Shown here one piece after another: positions 62,500 to 64,000 of a DNA stretch of 64,000 nucleotides. Origin of the DNA: Heterodontus francisci (lineage: Eukaryota). A program made the translations under genes and the position numbers. The stretch spans positions 8,680,001-8,744,000 of the forward strand of contig NC_090415.1 of assembly GCF_036365525.1 (NCBI RefSeq), written 5' to 3'. Within the stretch, counting starts at the first letter, position 1. Every line of letters starts with the position of its first letter. The notes below the pieces were generated by a model. It saw nothing but the letters and a program-made list of their open reading frames with translations. It was not told the DNA's origin and did no database searches.

Positions 62500-63708
62500 C
62501 AGAACCTAAGAACATAAGAAATAGGAGAAAGAGCAGGCCATTCGGCCCCTCAAGCCTGCCCCGAATTTCAATAAAATCATGGCTGATCTGCCTCAGACCT
62601 CAACTCCTCTTTCATGCCAGCTCCTCATAACCCTCAAATCCCCAACATTTCAAAAATCCATCTACCTCCTCTTTAAATACTTTCAGTAATCTCACCTCCA
62701 CAACTCTCTGGGGGAGGGAATTCCAGACACTCACGACACTCTGAGAGAAGAAATTCCTTTGCATCTCAGTTTAAAATGAGTGTCCCCTTATTCTGCAATT
62801 ATGTCCCCCAGTTCGAGATTCCCCCACTCGTGGAAGCATCTACCCTGTCAAGCCCTCTCAGAATCTTATACCTTTCAATAAGATCACCCCTCATTCTTCT
62901 ATACTGTAATGAATAAAGGGCTAACCTGTGTAGCCGTTCTTGATAAGTCAACCCCTTCATCTCAGGTATAAGCTGAGTGAATATCTTTTGAACTGCCTCC
63001 AATGCTTGGATATCCTTTCTTAAATACAGGGATGAAAACTGTACACAGTACTCCATGTGCGGCCTCACCAACACCCTGTACAGTTGTAACAAGACGACCC
63101 TATTTTTAAACTCCAACCCCCTCGCAATAAAGGCCAAAATTCCATTTGTCTTTTTAATTGCTTGCTGCACCTGCATACTAACTTTTGTGCTTCAAGGACA
63201 AGAACCCAGATCCCTCTGTGCTGCACTTTTTTGGAGTCTCTCTCCATTTAAATAATCATCTGCCTTTTGATTCTTCCTGTCAAAGTACATGACCTCACAC
63301 TTTCCTACATTAAACTTCATCTGCCAAGGTTTTGCCCACTGACTCAACCCATCTATATCCTTTGCAGATTCCTTACGTCGTCATGACAACATGTCCTCCC
63401 ACCTATTTTTGGATAGTCATCAAATGTGGATATATTACATCTGTCCCCTCCTCCAAGTCATTAATATAGATAGTAAATAATTGAGGGCCTAGGACTGATC
63501 CTTGTGGCACTCCACTAGTTAAATCTTTCCAACCTGAAAAAGACCCATTAATCCAAAATCTCTGCCTTCTGTGTGTCAACCCATCCTCAATCCATGCTAA
63601 TACATTACCCCCAATACCACATGAGCTCCTGTCTTGTGCTATAATCATTAATGTAGCTCTTTATCGAATGCTTTCCGGAAATTCAAATACACCACAGCAC
63701 CCGGTACC
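62500..63708 (-). mobile_element. Decayed CR1 ORF2 3' half
   Basis: [32 protein letters not shown]. Confidence 0.92.
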
Positions 63709-64000
63709 AGTTTAGTTTAGTTTAGAGATACAGCACTGAAACAGGCCCTTCAGCCAATCGAGTCTGTGCCGACCATCAACCACCCATTTATACTAACCCT
63801 ACACTAATCCCATATTCCTACCACGTCGCCACCTGTCTCTATATTTCCCAACCACCTACCTATACTCGGGGCAATTTATAATGGCCAATTTACCTACCAA
63901 CCTGCAAGTCTTTTGGCTTGTGGGAGGAAACCAGAGCACCCGGAGAAAACCCACGCAGACACAAGGGAGAACTTGCAAACTCCACACAGACAGTACCCAG
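63709..64000 (-). mobile_element. HE1/V-SINE-type SINE, cut by the window end
   Basis: Family match. Confidence 0.92.

Overview
Vertebrate genomic DNA, almost certainly from a cartilaginous fish (shark or ray). The evidence is HE1/V-SINE-type SINEs sharing a 3' tail with CR1 LINEs, a SacSINE1/DeuSINE-like relic and Penelope-like ends. The window is a TE-rich, replication-dependent histone locus with two paralogous sub-clusters. Unit 1 (about 20.8-26.3 kb) is H1(+), H3(+), H2A(-), H2B(-). Unit 2 (about 50.6-59.1 kb) is H1(+), H4(+), H3(+), H2A(-), with H2B deleted and a separate H2B relic nearby. Most other sequence is CR1, RTE and a third LINE family, SINEs, and a degenerate ~41-bp satellite. 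The most notable non-routine signals are: a phased 40-bp tandem array of near-consensus CTCF motifs at 3.76-4.22 kb; an intronless HCFC1 Kelch fragment behind a double-NRF1 promoter and in front of an RTE LINE; an intact H2B ORF with a destroyed stem-loop; an H4 starting Thr1; H1 promoters with TG/AC boxes 354-355 bp apart and a HINFP-like site in place of CCAAT; CDE/CHR-geometry elements at H3/H2A promoters; three tRNA pseudogenes; and a four-copy ancient repeat with aligned minus-strand splice sites. TE boundaries are approximate and family names come from recognition, not database search.
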